Positions 13,309 through 26,200 of a stretch of DNA of 64,000 nucleotides are shown here, one piece after another. This stretch comes from Selaginella moellendorffii (lineage: Eukaryota > Plantae > Lycopodiophyta), in contig NW_003314322.1 of NCBI RefSeq assembly GCF_000143415.4, positions 1 through 64,000 on the forward strand. The letters are read 5' to 3'. Each line of letters opens with the position of its first letter. Position 1 is the first letter of the stretch. The notes under the pieces were generated by a model. The model was not told the origin of the DNA and made no database searches. It saw nothing but the letters and a program-made list of their open reading frames with translations. A program made the translations under genes and the position numbers.

Positions 13309-13883
13309 ATTTGCTGCGTTTGATTGGACTGGCTGGGGACTGACGAGCCGGCTGTGCAAAAAAAGTGGCCGTGACAAAGATGGTCTTCCCAATCCTTACG
13401 AGCACCAGTCCCAAGTGAGTGTTCTATTCATTGTCGTCTAGAAAAAAAAATTGAGTTTTTTCTGTTGTTCTTGCTTGTTTGATTTCTCTGATTAGAGCTC
13501 ACAGGTGGATTTGCTGCTGAGCTTTTGCCAGCAACTAAAATTCTCATCGGTCGTGCTTGTTGGTCACGACGATGGTGAATTGCTCCCTCTTATGGCAGCT
13601 GCCAAGATCTTGAAATCTCTAAGCTCAACACAGGTAAGCTCCAAGCCACTATAGTTGGATCATCTCATGGATTTTCATTTCTGTGATGAAGGTGGTGATC
13701 GAAGGTGTGGTTTTGATCGTGGTGAGCTCCTCCAGAGAGGTGATATCACCATTTGCTCGAGTTTTGCTCCACACTTCTTTGGGACGGCACATACTCCGGC
13801 CATTGCTGTGCCCGGAGATGGCAAGTTGCCATGCCTGGCACAATGCTTCCAAGCTCACCTCCAAAATGATGGAACTTTACAAG
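13309..13883 (+). pseudogene. Alpha/beta-hydrolase fragment (captured)
   Basis: AAFDWTGWGLTSR..LPNPY, QVDLLLSFCQQLKFSSVVLVGHDDG, VVIEGVVLIVVSSSREVISPFARVLLHTSLGRHILRPLLCPE. A longer copy is at 33640-34433. Confidence 0.75.
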
Positions 13884-13957
13884 GTATGAGGAAAAATTCG
13901 AACTTGATCAAAAGAAATCCATGATTTTCCGTGTATACATACGTATCTTATGTCTAG

Positions 13958-14367
13958 GCCATTTTCTTCTCACAAACTTGCTACTGGACAAATGAAGGAG
14001 ACCGCTAAGAAAAGTGTTTGTCAATCTCTCCTCCGTCGCACATATCGCCTCTTACAGCGGTGGAATCCAGTTCTCACACCTTAATGACTAAACCTGGTAC
14101 GCCAAACAACTCTCTTTTCTCGTGAGCTTACATTCTTCCTTTTTTCTTCCAAAAGGTACTCCGACACTAGAGCATACAGTCAATCCAAGCTTGCAAACTT
14201 TTTCCAAAGAATTGGCAATAAGATTCAAGGTATTCGTCTAATGCTTTGAAATCTCTCCCACCTTTCACTTTTGCCAATGCTTTCTCTTTCGCTGATTAGG
14301 CCCAAGGAGTTGACATCACAGCCAATGCTGTTCATCTAGAGTTTATAATGACACCTTTGATGTGGTA
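13958..14367 (+). pseudogene. SDR internal exons (captured)
   Basis: GHFLLTNLLLD..VNLSSVAH, then YSDTRAYSQSK (YxxxK), then GVDITANAVHLEFIMTPLM. Contains frameshifts. Confidence 0.75.
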
Positions 14368-15059
14368 CAAGAACATTGAAGAGTAAATATGATAAAAGGT
14401 GGGCTTAATTTAGCAACTTATGAGAACTATTTAAGTTTGTTGCTTTGTTGTTCTAGGTAGAGATGGCTAGGGCTAAGCGGACAATCAGGAGGACTCCACC
14501 ACAGTACCTTTTTTTTAACAAACGAATCACAAATGTTCGGGTTCGCTCAATTTAAGCAGCTGGAGGTGAAAACCACAAGCTCTCAACACTGCCATTAGGT
14601 ACTTGTTGACCTGACTGTAGACCTGAAGCCCCGCCTGGGACAAGCTCTGTAATGAGTGGAAAGTAAGCTCAATACGTTATAGCAGCAGCTCTCATATACC
14701 AGCCAGCTGTAGCACACATGCAGCCAATAGCAAGCACGCCAAACAACTCCACGAAAATGATTTCTTTGATCCAATCAGGTGACCACCAACAAGGGAAAGA
14801 GAAACTGCAAAACAAAGAAAAGGAGATAGGCAATAAAAACACACAGCAGACAGACACACCTTCATTTAGGTACTATACTTTCCCTTTCCCTTTTTCACTA
14901 TGCTGTTGCAAAATTGAGATAACAAGAGCTCAGCTCAATCACTAAGAGCTTAACTGATGGATGAAAGCTGACTCACCCTTGTTTTACATGTACACTGTAG
15001 TGCCGATTTTGTTTTGTTGTGTGGATCAACTGCTAAGGCGTTCTTAAGGGGGCAGAGGA

Positions 15060-15810
15060 TGATTATTCAGTGAGCGTGAGACAGATGAGCAAGAAAAACG
15101 CAAGCGCCTTCACAAGCATTGGATCCAAGAGCAGACACACCAAAAAAATATTCTCTGGCATTTACATTATCTGGAGATGAGGTCAGACACACACCTACAG
15201 CTTACCTCCTGCATTTGCAAAAGCCCCATTGGAAATGGCGACAAGAAATGTGTCAAATAGCACAAGAGAACTATACAGCTAACTTCCAAAACACTCATTC
15301 ATTCATATGTAGGCCTTTGATTTTCAGGTAAATTGGAAATAGATGTTTTGAAAAATGAGAGATGAAAACAAGAATAGAAAGAAAGAAAGAAAGAAAAAAC
15401 AAACCAAGTTTTGAAAAGCTGTGTCTTTAAAGCTTCCACTCCTTTTAAAGAAATACACACTCAAATATATCAAAACATTCTCCCAATTTTACAAAACACT
15501 TCAAAAACTTAACTGCCACCTTTTGCAAGCATTATATATGAAAAAAAGATCCTTGTTACAACCACGAAACTCCTGTGCCATCTGCAAGGCAGTGCTTAGA
15601 TCCCAGTACATTCGACAAGCTCCCAGCAGACTCTCTCACTCCTCTTGCCCAGCATCCCCTTGGAATCCTTCAGCTTCCCGGCCCTTGCAAACACATGCTG
15701 CTGAAGCAACCTGCAGTGAGATTCAAGCCATGGTTGCAGACTCCAAGTACTGCCACACGTTCACGAAAGTGATCTCCTCCTATTTCAAGGCCATGGCATG
15801 GAAGAGCCAT
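15060..15810 (+). repeat. Cargo segment duplicated in inverted orientation at 42490-43230
   Basis: Both copies give near-identical translations (SVRQMSKKN..., PSARQCLDPSTF.KLP.DSLTPLAQHPLGILQLPGPCKHMLLK). Confidence 0.8.
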
Positions 15811-15814
15811 GGGA

Positions 15815-16102
15815 ACGTTGCCTACATTGCACATGACTAAAACTTTGGTTTCAAGCATGTCATCCATCACGTACTTGACACCCTCTCGTTGGATTCCAGA
15901 GTCTTTGATCCCACCGTATGGCTGGCTATCAACGCGCATGCTTGGCGAATCGTTGAGGCAAACTCCTCCAGCCTGTGAGGATCAAGTAATCATCAAACAA
16001 TCGATCAATACTTTCTATATCTCAAACGCAAAGCTACCTCTATGTTCTCAAACGCATAGAAGGCCTTGTTTAGATCATGCATAAAGACGCTGGCCTGGAG
16101 AC
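15815..16102 (-). pseudogene. Second copy of ALDH C-terminal exons
   Basis: Matches 450-737; QPYGGIKDSGIQREGVKYVMDDMLETKVLVM. Confidence 0.8.
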
Positions 16103-17398
16103 TAAAAAAAGAATAATATTTTAGTTTGGGAAAATTATAATTTTTATTGCATATTGAGCTAAATTGTTTTTAATTGAACTGTCATGACACCTGTAACTTT
16201 CATAGTTTACTAAAGAATAATACAATTTCTATAATATGTCTGGTTTTACATTTAAAAATATACATAAGTATAAGTCTACTTACAATATCAACATGTTCCC
16301 AACTTCTTGAAATATATGTATAAATTTTTTTTCATAAAACAAATCAAATGATATTCCTAGAGGTGTGCACTCGAAACTCTTGGACAAGGTATATTATTTA
16401 AAATTATTATTTCTTAACTGCAAAGGATGTAGATAGTGGGAATAAAATTTAAATGTTATCGATGGGTTTTACAAGATGACAAAAAGTATTGAGAAGTAAA
16501 TTCGATTATTATAAAATAGATAAATTAGAGTATAAATTTTTTAATTTAAAAACCAGATAAAGGAGTATTTGATGCAAAAAATAAATAAAACAGTGCTATT
16601 ATTTTTTAAATATAAATTACCAATTATATAAATAACTATTTTAAATTTTAAATTTGGAGAAATTGTTGATGATATAAATATCAAAAATATGTACATACTT
16701 GAAGAAATTTAAAAAACATCATTTGTTTTGGAGGATTTTTATTTGTACATCTAATTTTATAAATCATATTGAGTCTACAAGAGAAGAGTTTTCTACAATA
16801 TTCATCTTAAAATTAATATAAATCATAGTTGTAAATACTTCTTTGATAAATGTTTTTATGTTTTAAGATTAATAGTAGTAAAATTAAGATAAAATAAAAA
16901 TAAACATGCCTAGAGAAAGCAAAAAAAGAAATAGATTGAACAATTATAATTACAAGTACATTTTTTCAAATTGAAAATATTCTCTACTACTCTAAGCAGA
17001 GCTGGGATCCTTGCTGACTAATTAGTTCTATAATGACTAGGTCGTCTATATAGAATGACTGTATATAAAGACAACAGGCCATTCTATACCAAAAATCCCT
17101 TTACCATGCCATTCCATTAACTGCTCTTACCTCTGGAATGCCCAAATAATGTACCAAATTGAGGAATATGATTAAGCCACCTCTTCATGTGTTGAATAAT
17201 TCTTTTAAGCTTTGAGTCCAAGCTTGTATTATTCTATTCCAGTAAACCATTGAAGAAATAGTGTTTGGTTGCAATCACTACGTAAAAACTAAATAAACTA
17301 AGTGCTTGTTACATATTGAACTTAAGCCAGTTTTAATAAATTATTCTCTTTTTAGAATTAGCATCTAACTATCCAAGTGGAGCTGGGTTCCCTGCTAG

Positions 17399-20300
17399 TC
17401 ATCATCCTTCTATATTTAAAAGAGTAAGGGAGAAGGTCCTGGGAGAAGGTCCATAGCTTGTGAGCGAGCTCAGGATCTCTGCCATAAGCGCTACAGCTGG
17501 ATTTGTTGGAATCCACGAAGTATTGCCCAGTGACGTCCTTGAGGCTTGGATGTAAAGCCGTGTAGCATGTTGTAGCAGCGTCCTGAGAGATCAATCACGT
17601 AGTAGCCACGAAAAACTTCCAGATAATTGGGAGAATTCTTCTTACCTGTGGCATATTTTTCCAAAGGAAGTGGAGTTGCACAATATGTGCAATGCAAGGT
17701 GTTAGAGACACTTAGGCAATTGACTTCAAGGAGTTAAAAGTAAAAGTTCCAAAGTGCAAAGGTTATATAGATGGAAATTAAGACTACTCGAGAAGGAGTC
17801 ATGGGATTGAGATAGAGACGGTGTCTCTAACAGGAGACACCACAGGAGCTTCCACTTTCGCCAAATTGGAGCAATTGAGAATCCATCATTAGAAACACCT
17901 TGCTTTTCCCACAAATCGTTAGACCTTAACACATTAGTGTTCTTAGCCTAACTTTGCCTTTTGGATTCTTTCTTATGGTTTCCATGGCTCTTTTCTTAGC
18001 CATTAGTCTTTTGCTCCTATCTTTTGATAGTTGCACTCAACAACATAGGATTGTTACTTCCATTCTCAAGGTATCCTTTTGGTTCTATAGCAAAGACTTT
18101 GCTTGCCAAGTCTAGAGGGTGTTTACCCCTAGTGTGTTTCTTTAGCATTTTCTGCTATGGGGATTTTTTCTTTTTTAATTACAGAAGTTTTGAAACTCTT
18201 ACAGAATAGTCTGGATGTGGCCTAAAGAAGAAATTTTGTATGAAGGAAAGTTTGTATGAAATTGGAAATGTCTATCTTCACTTTCTCAAGCACATCATGG
18301 ACTTTTCTTTAGGAAATCATCAGCCACATAATGACATGAGCCGTTGAGTCATGACCAGCATTCATGTACATGTTGAGCATGTCTATGATATGAGCGTCTT
18401 CCAGCACCTCTTTTTTGTCATCCGGCTGATCCATGAGCAACGAAAGAATGCTTGTTTCCTGCGGCTTTCCAGAAGCGTTGGTTGATCACGTCCTGGATAA
18501 GCCAGCAGGATGTGGTAGCTTGCATCCCTATATATGGTCACAGCCTACATGATCATGATAACACTGAAGCAGCGAAAGAGCTCCTGCTCAATTGGTAAGC
18601 ATTGAGTTTTTCAAAGGGATTGATTGTGGTTTAATGCAGAGACCATTCTTGTTGTCAATTTATGATCGGTGCACCTTCTGCTGGACACGGACGACCATTC
18701 CACCTTGGTGTCTCCTGATGTTATGTGTGTGGCAATAGATCCGAATGTACAGGTTTCCTGCGTGCTTGGGTTCAACACGTACAATGAGTTAGATGAGTGT
18801 GATTGAATATATTGCCAATAGCAGTAATTTTAGCATGTAGGGTTTGTTTCAGATATCTCTATTGACCATGCATTCTAGGGTTTCTAGATCACAAGTTTCT
18901 GTGACAACTCATGTTAATCACTACAAGTAGTCGGTACCTTTCTCTTTGTTAGTCAATTATCAGATTCTTTGTTAATTTTTCTTTTTCTCTCTTGGCAGGA
19001 TTTCTGGAAATAGCATAATCTAGCATATAATACAATCTACATTGATTTTATTCAATCAGGTAATGATATTTCCAAATCATTATTGCACTATTATATAGTT
19101 TCAGACAATGATAATATATTAATAAATACTTTATAATTTATGAGTAATTAAGTATAATTGGTGTAAGCTTTTAATTTTGTTGATGTTTCTTGTAAAAAAA
19201 ATTATAAATTGAGCTAAAGGACAAAAGAAAATGTAATTCAAAATAAAGATATTACATAAACAATCAAAAATTAAAAAAATATTTTAGAAGAAACTAAATT
19301 TTCTTTTCAAGATAAGAGCTTCAAATAGACTTGTTACATAGTTAGAGAAATTTTTCTGAGAGTTCATATCCACTTTCTTTCTAAGCATTAAACTCCATGG
19401 AACAGAACAGGCAGCTCCTCCCTGAAAGTCTTGATGGCATAGCCTACATTGACATGGTAATCCAGACTTCCTTCCTTCACACCATCTTGTCAAGTTTGCT
19501 GCAAACTGAATATTGTCTTCCTCAGTCAAGCTGATTTTTTCCAGTTCTTCATGCCAAACAATGGTATGGCACTCTTAAGTTTGAGGTAAAAAGCTTTCAC
19601 ATTTTGTTTGTCAAGCTACCTTGGTTGACTTGCACAGGCTTAACCTCAGCGAGTCCATCTATCCACTGGCAAGTTCTCAGTGTTGAGAATAGTGAGCCAA
19701 GTGGCAGTCCTTCATATACCCTTGAGCTTCCCTTTGACCGATGTTGACCATGTGGTCAAAGCTGGTGCCTAACAAGTTGAGGGATGTGAGGCCAATGCTA
19801 GTGGTGTAGGCACCAAAGAAAAGGACAAACAACTAGCTGCTGCCAATGTCATTGGCCTCGACTCTGCCTACCAGCATTTGTTTTACATGGCTTCGATCTT
19901 ACAGCTAGAAAAGGAAGTTAAAGTTCTGTTGTGCTTGCTGAAAGAAGCCAGGTTATTATATTGGGGACCACCATCTTCTGATTCACGGAGCCCAACTTAA
20001 CATACACACTGACAGTAAAGCTGTATGATCAAAGTATGACATCCTATGGTGCAATAAAGGTCTATTCATTCCTTGGCTTGGGATGGAAAAGAAAAGCATG
20101 TAAAAGGGAGAGGCAATCTTAGGAAGATCTCATTTTGGTAGTTTTTGAAGGAAATGATAGTTCATGGGCATTTGCATATTTCCATTGCATCACTCCACCA
20201 AGCAAGATAATAGTAATACAGTTACTCATTAGCATTTAGACCCCAGCTCTATTGGGCAAACAAATATAAATTTTCAATGAGCAGTATACAAACATCCACT

Positions 20301-20806
20301 TTTTGCTATCAAATTGGCAGCAACAGTGAATTCCTGAAGTATCATTATACTCTTTCTTTTGGTTTTGAAGTTTTACTTAATCAACTTAGCCGCAAAGACT
20401 CCTCATTGTCATTGGATAAATTGCTAGAAGACTTGCTAGCAGGGAGAGAATTAATGGCAATGCTGCTATATTTCCTCCTTTTCCCCTCTTCCCTTTATTT
20501 TTTGATAAACTGTGGCCTACCAGCCTTAGAAAAGGACAAACCCAGGATCTTTGCCAGTAATTCTTCCCCTCTTCTAGACGGCAAGAGTGGATGCAAGTGC
20601 TTAGCACTTGCATCATGCACCTACAAAGTTACTATGACTAGCTTGTACCACCAAAAGCTGTAAATGACTATTAACACTTTTTTAGACATGGCTATCTCTT
20701 TTTATTTTTTTCAGACTTACACGTTGTTCTGCTCCAAAGTATATATAACAACATCTTTTCATTTTACTTTCTCTACTTTTCCCAGCGGAGCTGGGAGCCC
20801 TGCTAG
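17399..20806 (+). mobile_element. Helitron unit ending the first array
   Basis: Exact CTAG|TC head-to-tail start (TCATCATCCTTCTATATTTAAAAG). Perfect TCCCAGCGGAGCTGGGA at 20780-20796, CTAG at 20803-20806 followed by T, then host DNA. Confidence 0.7.
17430..17670 (-). pseudogene. Inverted copy of SDR terminal exons
   Basis: AATTCYTALHPSLKDVTGQYFVDSNKS..LAHKLWTFSQD, with the same intron as 90-152. Confidence 0.8.
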
Positions 20807-21191
20807 TTTCTAGTGTTATACATGTTTTTCTTCATTATGCAGATTATTAAATGTGTCTCAAGATTTTAACATAGGGTCCATGTTTTTTCCAGAAATTAAA
20901 ATGTTAGCTCCTCTATACATCCTGTATATGCAAAAAAAGAAACAAAAGCCAACAGAAGAACCGACAAGTATTTTGCTGCAGCTTAACTTGTGCAAGGAGG
21001 AAGATACGTTGAGGGACTCTATTCGATTTTTTGGATCTTTCTGCATCACGACCTCGTCAAGAGGAGTGTTCCCTTGAACTTTACTAAATGCAGGAAAACA
21101 GAAACACCACTATTGTGACAAAGGACGCGTGGCGTGCCCTCATTTAACACAAAGAGTGCGCTGTTTGAGTGCGCTGTTCTTGGACGCTACC

Positions 21192-22268
21192 ATGGCGATG
21201 CTTGTTCTTCTCGTCCTGTTGGTCGTGGGTGCGTCGTCAGGTAAACTTAGCTACCATTGCGGCAATAACCATCAGAAAATTGCAGCAGGAGCGGAAAGAT
21301 TTGGCATTAACTACGGACGAGTTGCTGATGATCTTCCATCTCCACTCCAGGTCGCAGCGCTAGCAAAACGGGAGAATATTACACACATAAAGATTTTTGA
21401 TGCCGATCCTGTTGTTCTTCAAGCATTCAGGGGCACAGATGTTGGCGTTGTCGTCACAGTACCCAACGACGAAATACCTGCGGTAGCTGCAAACCTGCCT
21501 GGCGCACGGTTCTGGTTTGATGCATATGCTTCGCCCTTTATTGCGGAGATCACAACCATTTTGGTGGGCAACGAGGTCCTTAAATTCAGCCCACATATGT
21601 CGACAATCCTCGTTCCGGCGATGCAGAATCTCTACCAGATTTTGAGAGCCCACGATCTGGCAGATAAGATCAAGATCTCGACGCCGCATGCCATGGACGT
21701 TCTTGAAAAGAACTCGTCCTCTCCGCCATCAAATGGAATGTTCCGCCAGCAACACGTCAGCACAATGCAAAATCTTCTAGAATTTTTGTCCATCAGCCGC
21801 TCGTTCTTTGTACTCAATGTCTATCCTTACTTCGCCTTTAGGGAGGACAAGGGCGCCACACTCTCCGCCGAATTCGCTCTGCTCCAGTCCCCTAAAAACT
21901 CAGTCACGGATCCGAACACCAGCTTTCGGTACAGCAATCTGCTAGACGCTCAGCTAGATGCAGTGTATGCCGCCATAGAGAAACTGGGATATATGAATCT
22001 ACGGATTGTGATTGGGGAAACGGGATGGCCAACGGCTGGGGGCTTCGGAGCAACAATGCAGAATGCAGCCATTTTTATGAGGAACATAATATGCCGTACC
22101 CAGGACGTAGAAGGGACACCAGCAAGGCCGGCTTATACCATTCAGGCGTTTGTGTTTTCAATGTTCAACGAGGATCTGAAGCACAACCTCATGGAACAGA
22201 ACTTTGGTTTGTTTTATCCAAACATGACAAAAGTGTATCCTCTTAAATTTTCGTCTGACTGTAAATGA
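21192..22268 (+). CDS. Glucan endo-1,3-beta-glucosidase (GH17), secreted
   Basis: Signal peptide MAMLVLLVLLVVGASS; likely 45-48 nt intron from 21241 (GTAAAC..TGCAG); GINYGRVADDLP, VGNE (acid/base), NVYPYF, IGETGWPT (nucleophile), FSMFNE, EQNFGLF. ORF intact. Confidence 0.92.
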   Translation: MAMLVLLVLLVVGASSGKLSYHCGNNHQKIAAGAERFGINYGRVADDLPSPLQVAALAKRENITHIKIFDADPVVLQAFRGTDVGVVVTVPNDEIPAVAANLPGARFWFDAYASPFIAEITTILVGNEVLKFSPHMSTILVPAMQNLYQILRAHDLADKIKISTPHAMDVLEKNSSSPPSNGMFRQQHVSTMQNLLEFLSISRSFFVLNVYPYFAFREDKGATLSAEFALLQSPKNSVTDPNTSFRYSNLLDAQLDAVYAAIEKLGYMNLRIVIGETGWPTAGGFGATMQNAAIFMRNIICRTQDVEGTPARPAYTIQAFVFSMFNEDLKHNLMEQNFGLFYPNMTKVYPLKFSSDCK

Positions 22269-22781
22269 GAGGATGGATTATTTTGAGATGAGAAGAAATA
22301 ATAAATACTGCAGGCCTTTACCATAGGTCAGGCAGCAACTGACTACATTCATTTTTTGTTGTGTCACGTGTATCTTTATGCAACTCTTCCAAAGGCTCCA
22401 GTTTCCTGTTTTTCGTTGCAAGATTACATCTAAAGGGAGCACTCGAGCCAACAATACTCCAATGTAAAGTTTAGTTCCGCATGGCAATGAAAAATTCAGT
22501 GTTTAACCTTGTTTTGCAGAGCCTCTGCCTGCTGCGAATCTTCTGCGCTTGATAACCCGCCTGTGCATTATCGGTCCAAGACAGAAATTTAAGCAGGAGT
22601 GTGGCGGTTTTTGTTACATTGTCATTTGCTAGCCTTTCCGAAACGGGAACCACAGAAGGAACCCTGCAGGCTCTCTTGATTTTGGATCTCTAAAACCAGC
22701 AGAATGGGCAAAAGAAAAAGAACAGAAAGCAGCACTTGAATTTCAGCGGTGGAAATGGACGTTTCACAAGGATTAATTCAT

Positions 22782-23231
22782 TTAGTATACCTTTGACTCA
22801 GCGTCCTCCTGCTCCAATTGATCATCGCATGCAGCTGCATCCAGCTCCGCTTTCTCTACGGCAGCAGACGCATCCATTGATTGTGCATATGCTAAGAAAT
22901 AGGCCTTATATGCATTTGCAGCGGCTGATGTGAGTGCTTCCGTATTCTTCTCGGCAGCCTCGGCAATGTCCTTTAATCTCGCAAATTCGTCAGTACCAAC
23001 TGCTGCAGATGCAGCAAGGTAAGCGTCCGCTGCTTCTTCTGCCGCAACTGCTGCCAGACGTTCTGCTTCAGTCGCTGCTTCTGCTGCCAAAACCGATCGA
23101 TCTGCTGCTGCCGACAATGTGTCCAGGAGATCATCTACCGATGGCAACCGCTTGTCCAAAAGTTTCTCACTGCAGGACGAAGAAATGCCTGCGGTAGTTG
23201 ACAACTGCTGAAGAGGAAATGCACTTTCCAT
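22782..23231 (-). CDS. Ala/Glu-rich helical hypothetical protein (149 aa)
   Basis: Open, compositionally biased ORF with a splice acceptor ~20 nt upstream of the ATG. No family recognised. Confidence 0.5.
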   Translation of the reverse strand: MESAFPLQQLSTTAGISSSCSEKLLDKRLPSVDDLLDTLSAAADRSVLAAEAATEAERLAAVAAEEAADAYLAASAAVGTDEFARLKDIAEAAEKNTEALTSAAANAYKAYFLAYAQSMDASAAVEKAELDAAACDDQLEQEDAESKVY

Positions 23232-26200
23232 GTTTATTGGCAGAATGACAACCTGGAACCAAAAAGAATTGCAACGAACGGTTGCACCCCAGTTTGAAAA
23301 GCAGAATGATCTGAACCGCTAGATACAACAAGTGTGCAGATACTGATTTATGCTGACGTTGTCAGGGACGTGGCACAACCCGACTGTTCATCCAGTTTGG
23401 TTCAAACGCATAAACTTTGTGGTTGCCAACAAAAAATCATACTCACAGACAACCGAATTAGACGCCCTCTAATGGTGAAGCTTGAGACAGACAAATGTGC
23501 TGCTTCGTTTGCATCATATTTTCAGTCATCTTGAGTGCATTATTAAGCATATCAACGACTAAAACAGTCGATCACAGGGTAAGTACCTTGATTTTCTTGC
23601 AAAGAAAAAAAGGAGCTACCCGGTCAGATTATAAATCGAACTTGCCACCAAGCGCAAACATAGGTCCCTCTTTGAGAATGGTGAAGAATAATCTAGCCGA
23701 ACTTAGTGCTTTGCATCAATCTATCCCTGCGCTTCAAGAGCTTTGTGATCCACGGAGACCAAGATTTAGTTTACTTAGTTGAGAATGTCCTTCATTGCAG
23801 CAATGACAAAAATGGTGCCACCAGGATCCCATCAATGCTGCTCGTGGTGGAGCTTTTCCCACGGACGGGGATCCAGGATGGCTTATTTGTTTGAGGCTTA
23901 ATCTGATTTACATAACCTTGCCGTATAAAGTTACATGTTTAAGTTTGCGAAGAGGCTAGCAGCCTTAACGTTAATGATTAGGTGGGACACCGAAAAATAG
24001 AAGTTTTGATTGAAAGAAAAGTTTGACCACAAATGCATATTTATGAATGAAAGAATTTTCTGGGAAAAAATATTGCATTGACCAAATAAGATGTGGCTCA
24101 GAGTGATACTAAAGGGAACGGTCTAATGATATTGAAACATTCCTTGGTAGAAACATGCGTCACCATGCCTTCACGATAAGCTTGAGAATGATCCTCCCGT
24201 TATCTGTGATAACATATGTAGAAATCTACCTAATAGGTAGATTTACTGATCCTGCCAAGTCAATTATAATATTTTGCTTCTTCAAAGAACTGATGTACTG
24301 CCAAAACTCAGTTTCGAAATGGACACAATGGTCTTCCTTCCGGTCTTATGATTCATTTCGTTTATGTGGCCGTTGAAACTATGAAGTGGTGATGACTCTG
24401 CAAGCATAAGAAGTGTTAAGCAAGCAGACACTATATGCGAGCTTCAAATTAACATTTACTTACATTGAAGGAGAGAAGAAAAGAGCATAGTCAAATGAGT
24501 GTAATTCCTTTTGTCTCATTGTGGAGCTGAACATGTAAATATAAAGACATAGACTTTACTCCATGGATAAGTGATATCTGGTCCATGTTTCCAAAGACTC
24601 TAGCTTGATTGCTTATGGAGCATTCCTTACCTGGAATTCACAGCAGCAAGCACATGAATTTGCAGTACTGAGTCAGCGTCGTAAGAACTCTCAAGAACCA
24701 AGAGAGATATAATAAAATAGTTTAAAGAGTGAAGACGTCCAACTTACAAAACAATCGTCGTGGAAAGGAGTCCGAAATGGAATAAGAGAGCCTGCCAACC
24801 GTCTTCCATTCCCCAGTAGCCCTGCTGAGCACCATAACCCACCACCTATGCTGCTGCTACTCATGGAACCAAGAATTACTGTAAAGCTGTGATTGGAGAA
24901 TGCTTTCCAGGACGAGGAGCTATTGAAGGCCTTCCGCTATAGTGCCAACTTTCAATTGCTGTGATACAGATTGGAACGCCAATTATGGTATTGTCGATGC
25001 CCTACAGTTGCACGCCAATAGGGCAGGATGACCATGCTAGGAGCAAGAATCTAATGTCCTGGTAACTCCTTGATATTTCTATCTTCTCTCTGTTGGATGC
25101 CTACAGCTAGCGTATTTTAAGTAGCTCATAAATAGGCTCATTTCAGATCGTCTAGATTCAAGTATACAATTATTGTGGATGTTCATTTGAGTAGCTCAAA
25201 TGAACTAAAGACTTCGAGGAAGTCTTTAGTTATGCTTTTGGGTTTGGGTCTGTCGTTGATAATGGCCACCTTGCAAATCTATCTAAAACACACATACAAA
25301 TGAAATGTATGAGAAAGCACTACAATGAGGCTAGAAAGGTTATGGACACCAGCGCCAAGTTTCTGCGTTTACATGCAATTCCCCCTTAGTGTGCTATTTT
25401 CACGGTAAATAGTTTCTGCAGCACCTAGTGTGTTACACCATAAACGAAGTAATCAAATACGAAGAAAAGTGTTTAGAATTTCTCATTATTCTAGATATAC
25501 CCTTCCTTTGTCTGTTGATGATTGCCTTGGAAACCAAACCTTAGTAGCAAATGCTTTGTGTACTAGCTTATTTCTTCAGTAATGTATGATCCAGCATCTT
25601 TTGCAGATGTGCGATATGATGTATGTGCACTAAGAGTTAGTAAGTCTTAAGAATACTTGATCCATGAGCTTTGTTTAATCCATATTTGTTTCCTAAGCTG
25701 CGAATAAAGATTTTTTGCACCAGGTTTCTCTCGAGTTTCTTTTGGAAGTAAATGCGATGCTTCCTGGATTTAATGGTGCAGCCAGCTTAAAAAGGTGTGC
25801 TCAAGAATAGGCCTGGCTTCTTGGAGTCTGTCTCGACACTAAACACAAGCTCTATTACAATGTCATGCTGGATTGTTTTGGATTACCATTGCTGTTGATG
25901 ACTGGATCCTGGAAACTAAAGCTGTAATCCGAGATAATGGGACGGAACAATACCACTTCAAAATTGGCAAAAGAGGAAAGCTTTGATCAACTTTACCGAG
26001 GTCTAATGACAAGTGCTTGGAAAGAAGGTGCCAATGCACAAGACATGAGACTTTCAGAAAAGTCTGTACATGTGACAACAGCAAGAAGCTGCTTCAGAGC
26101 CTTGAGAACTTGATGTTTGTTTGCAAGTCACCTCCTGAAACAAGATGGTCGATTGGAAGTTTCTCTTGTAAACTTATAGTTTATGGAAGCATGCATGAAT

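Larger units (their letters stand above)
13046..17398 (+). mobile_element. Helitron unit carrying alpha/beta-hydrolase, SDR and ALDH fragments
   Basis: 5' region matches 32448-32660 and 44008-44230. Degenerate internal terminator at ~16991-17015; terminal hairpin 17373-17387 and CTAG 17395-17398. Confidence 0.7.

Noticed and set aside
21129-21191. Upstream GTG start for the glucanase
   Set aside because: In a eukaryote the ATG at 21192 directly precedes a signal peptide and is the more plausible start.
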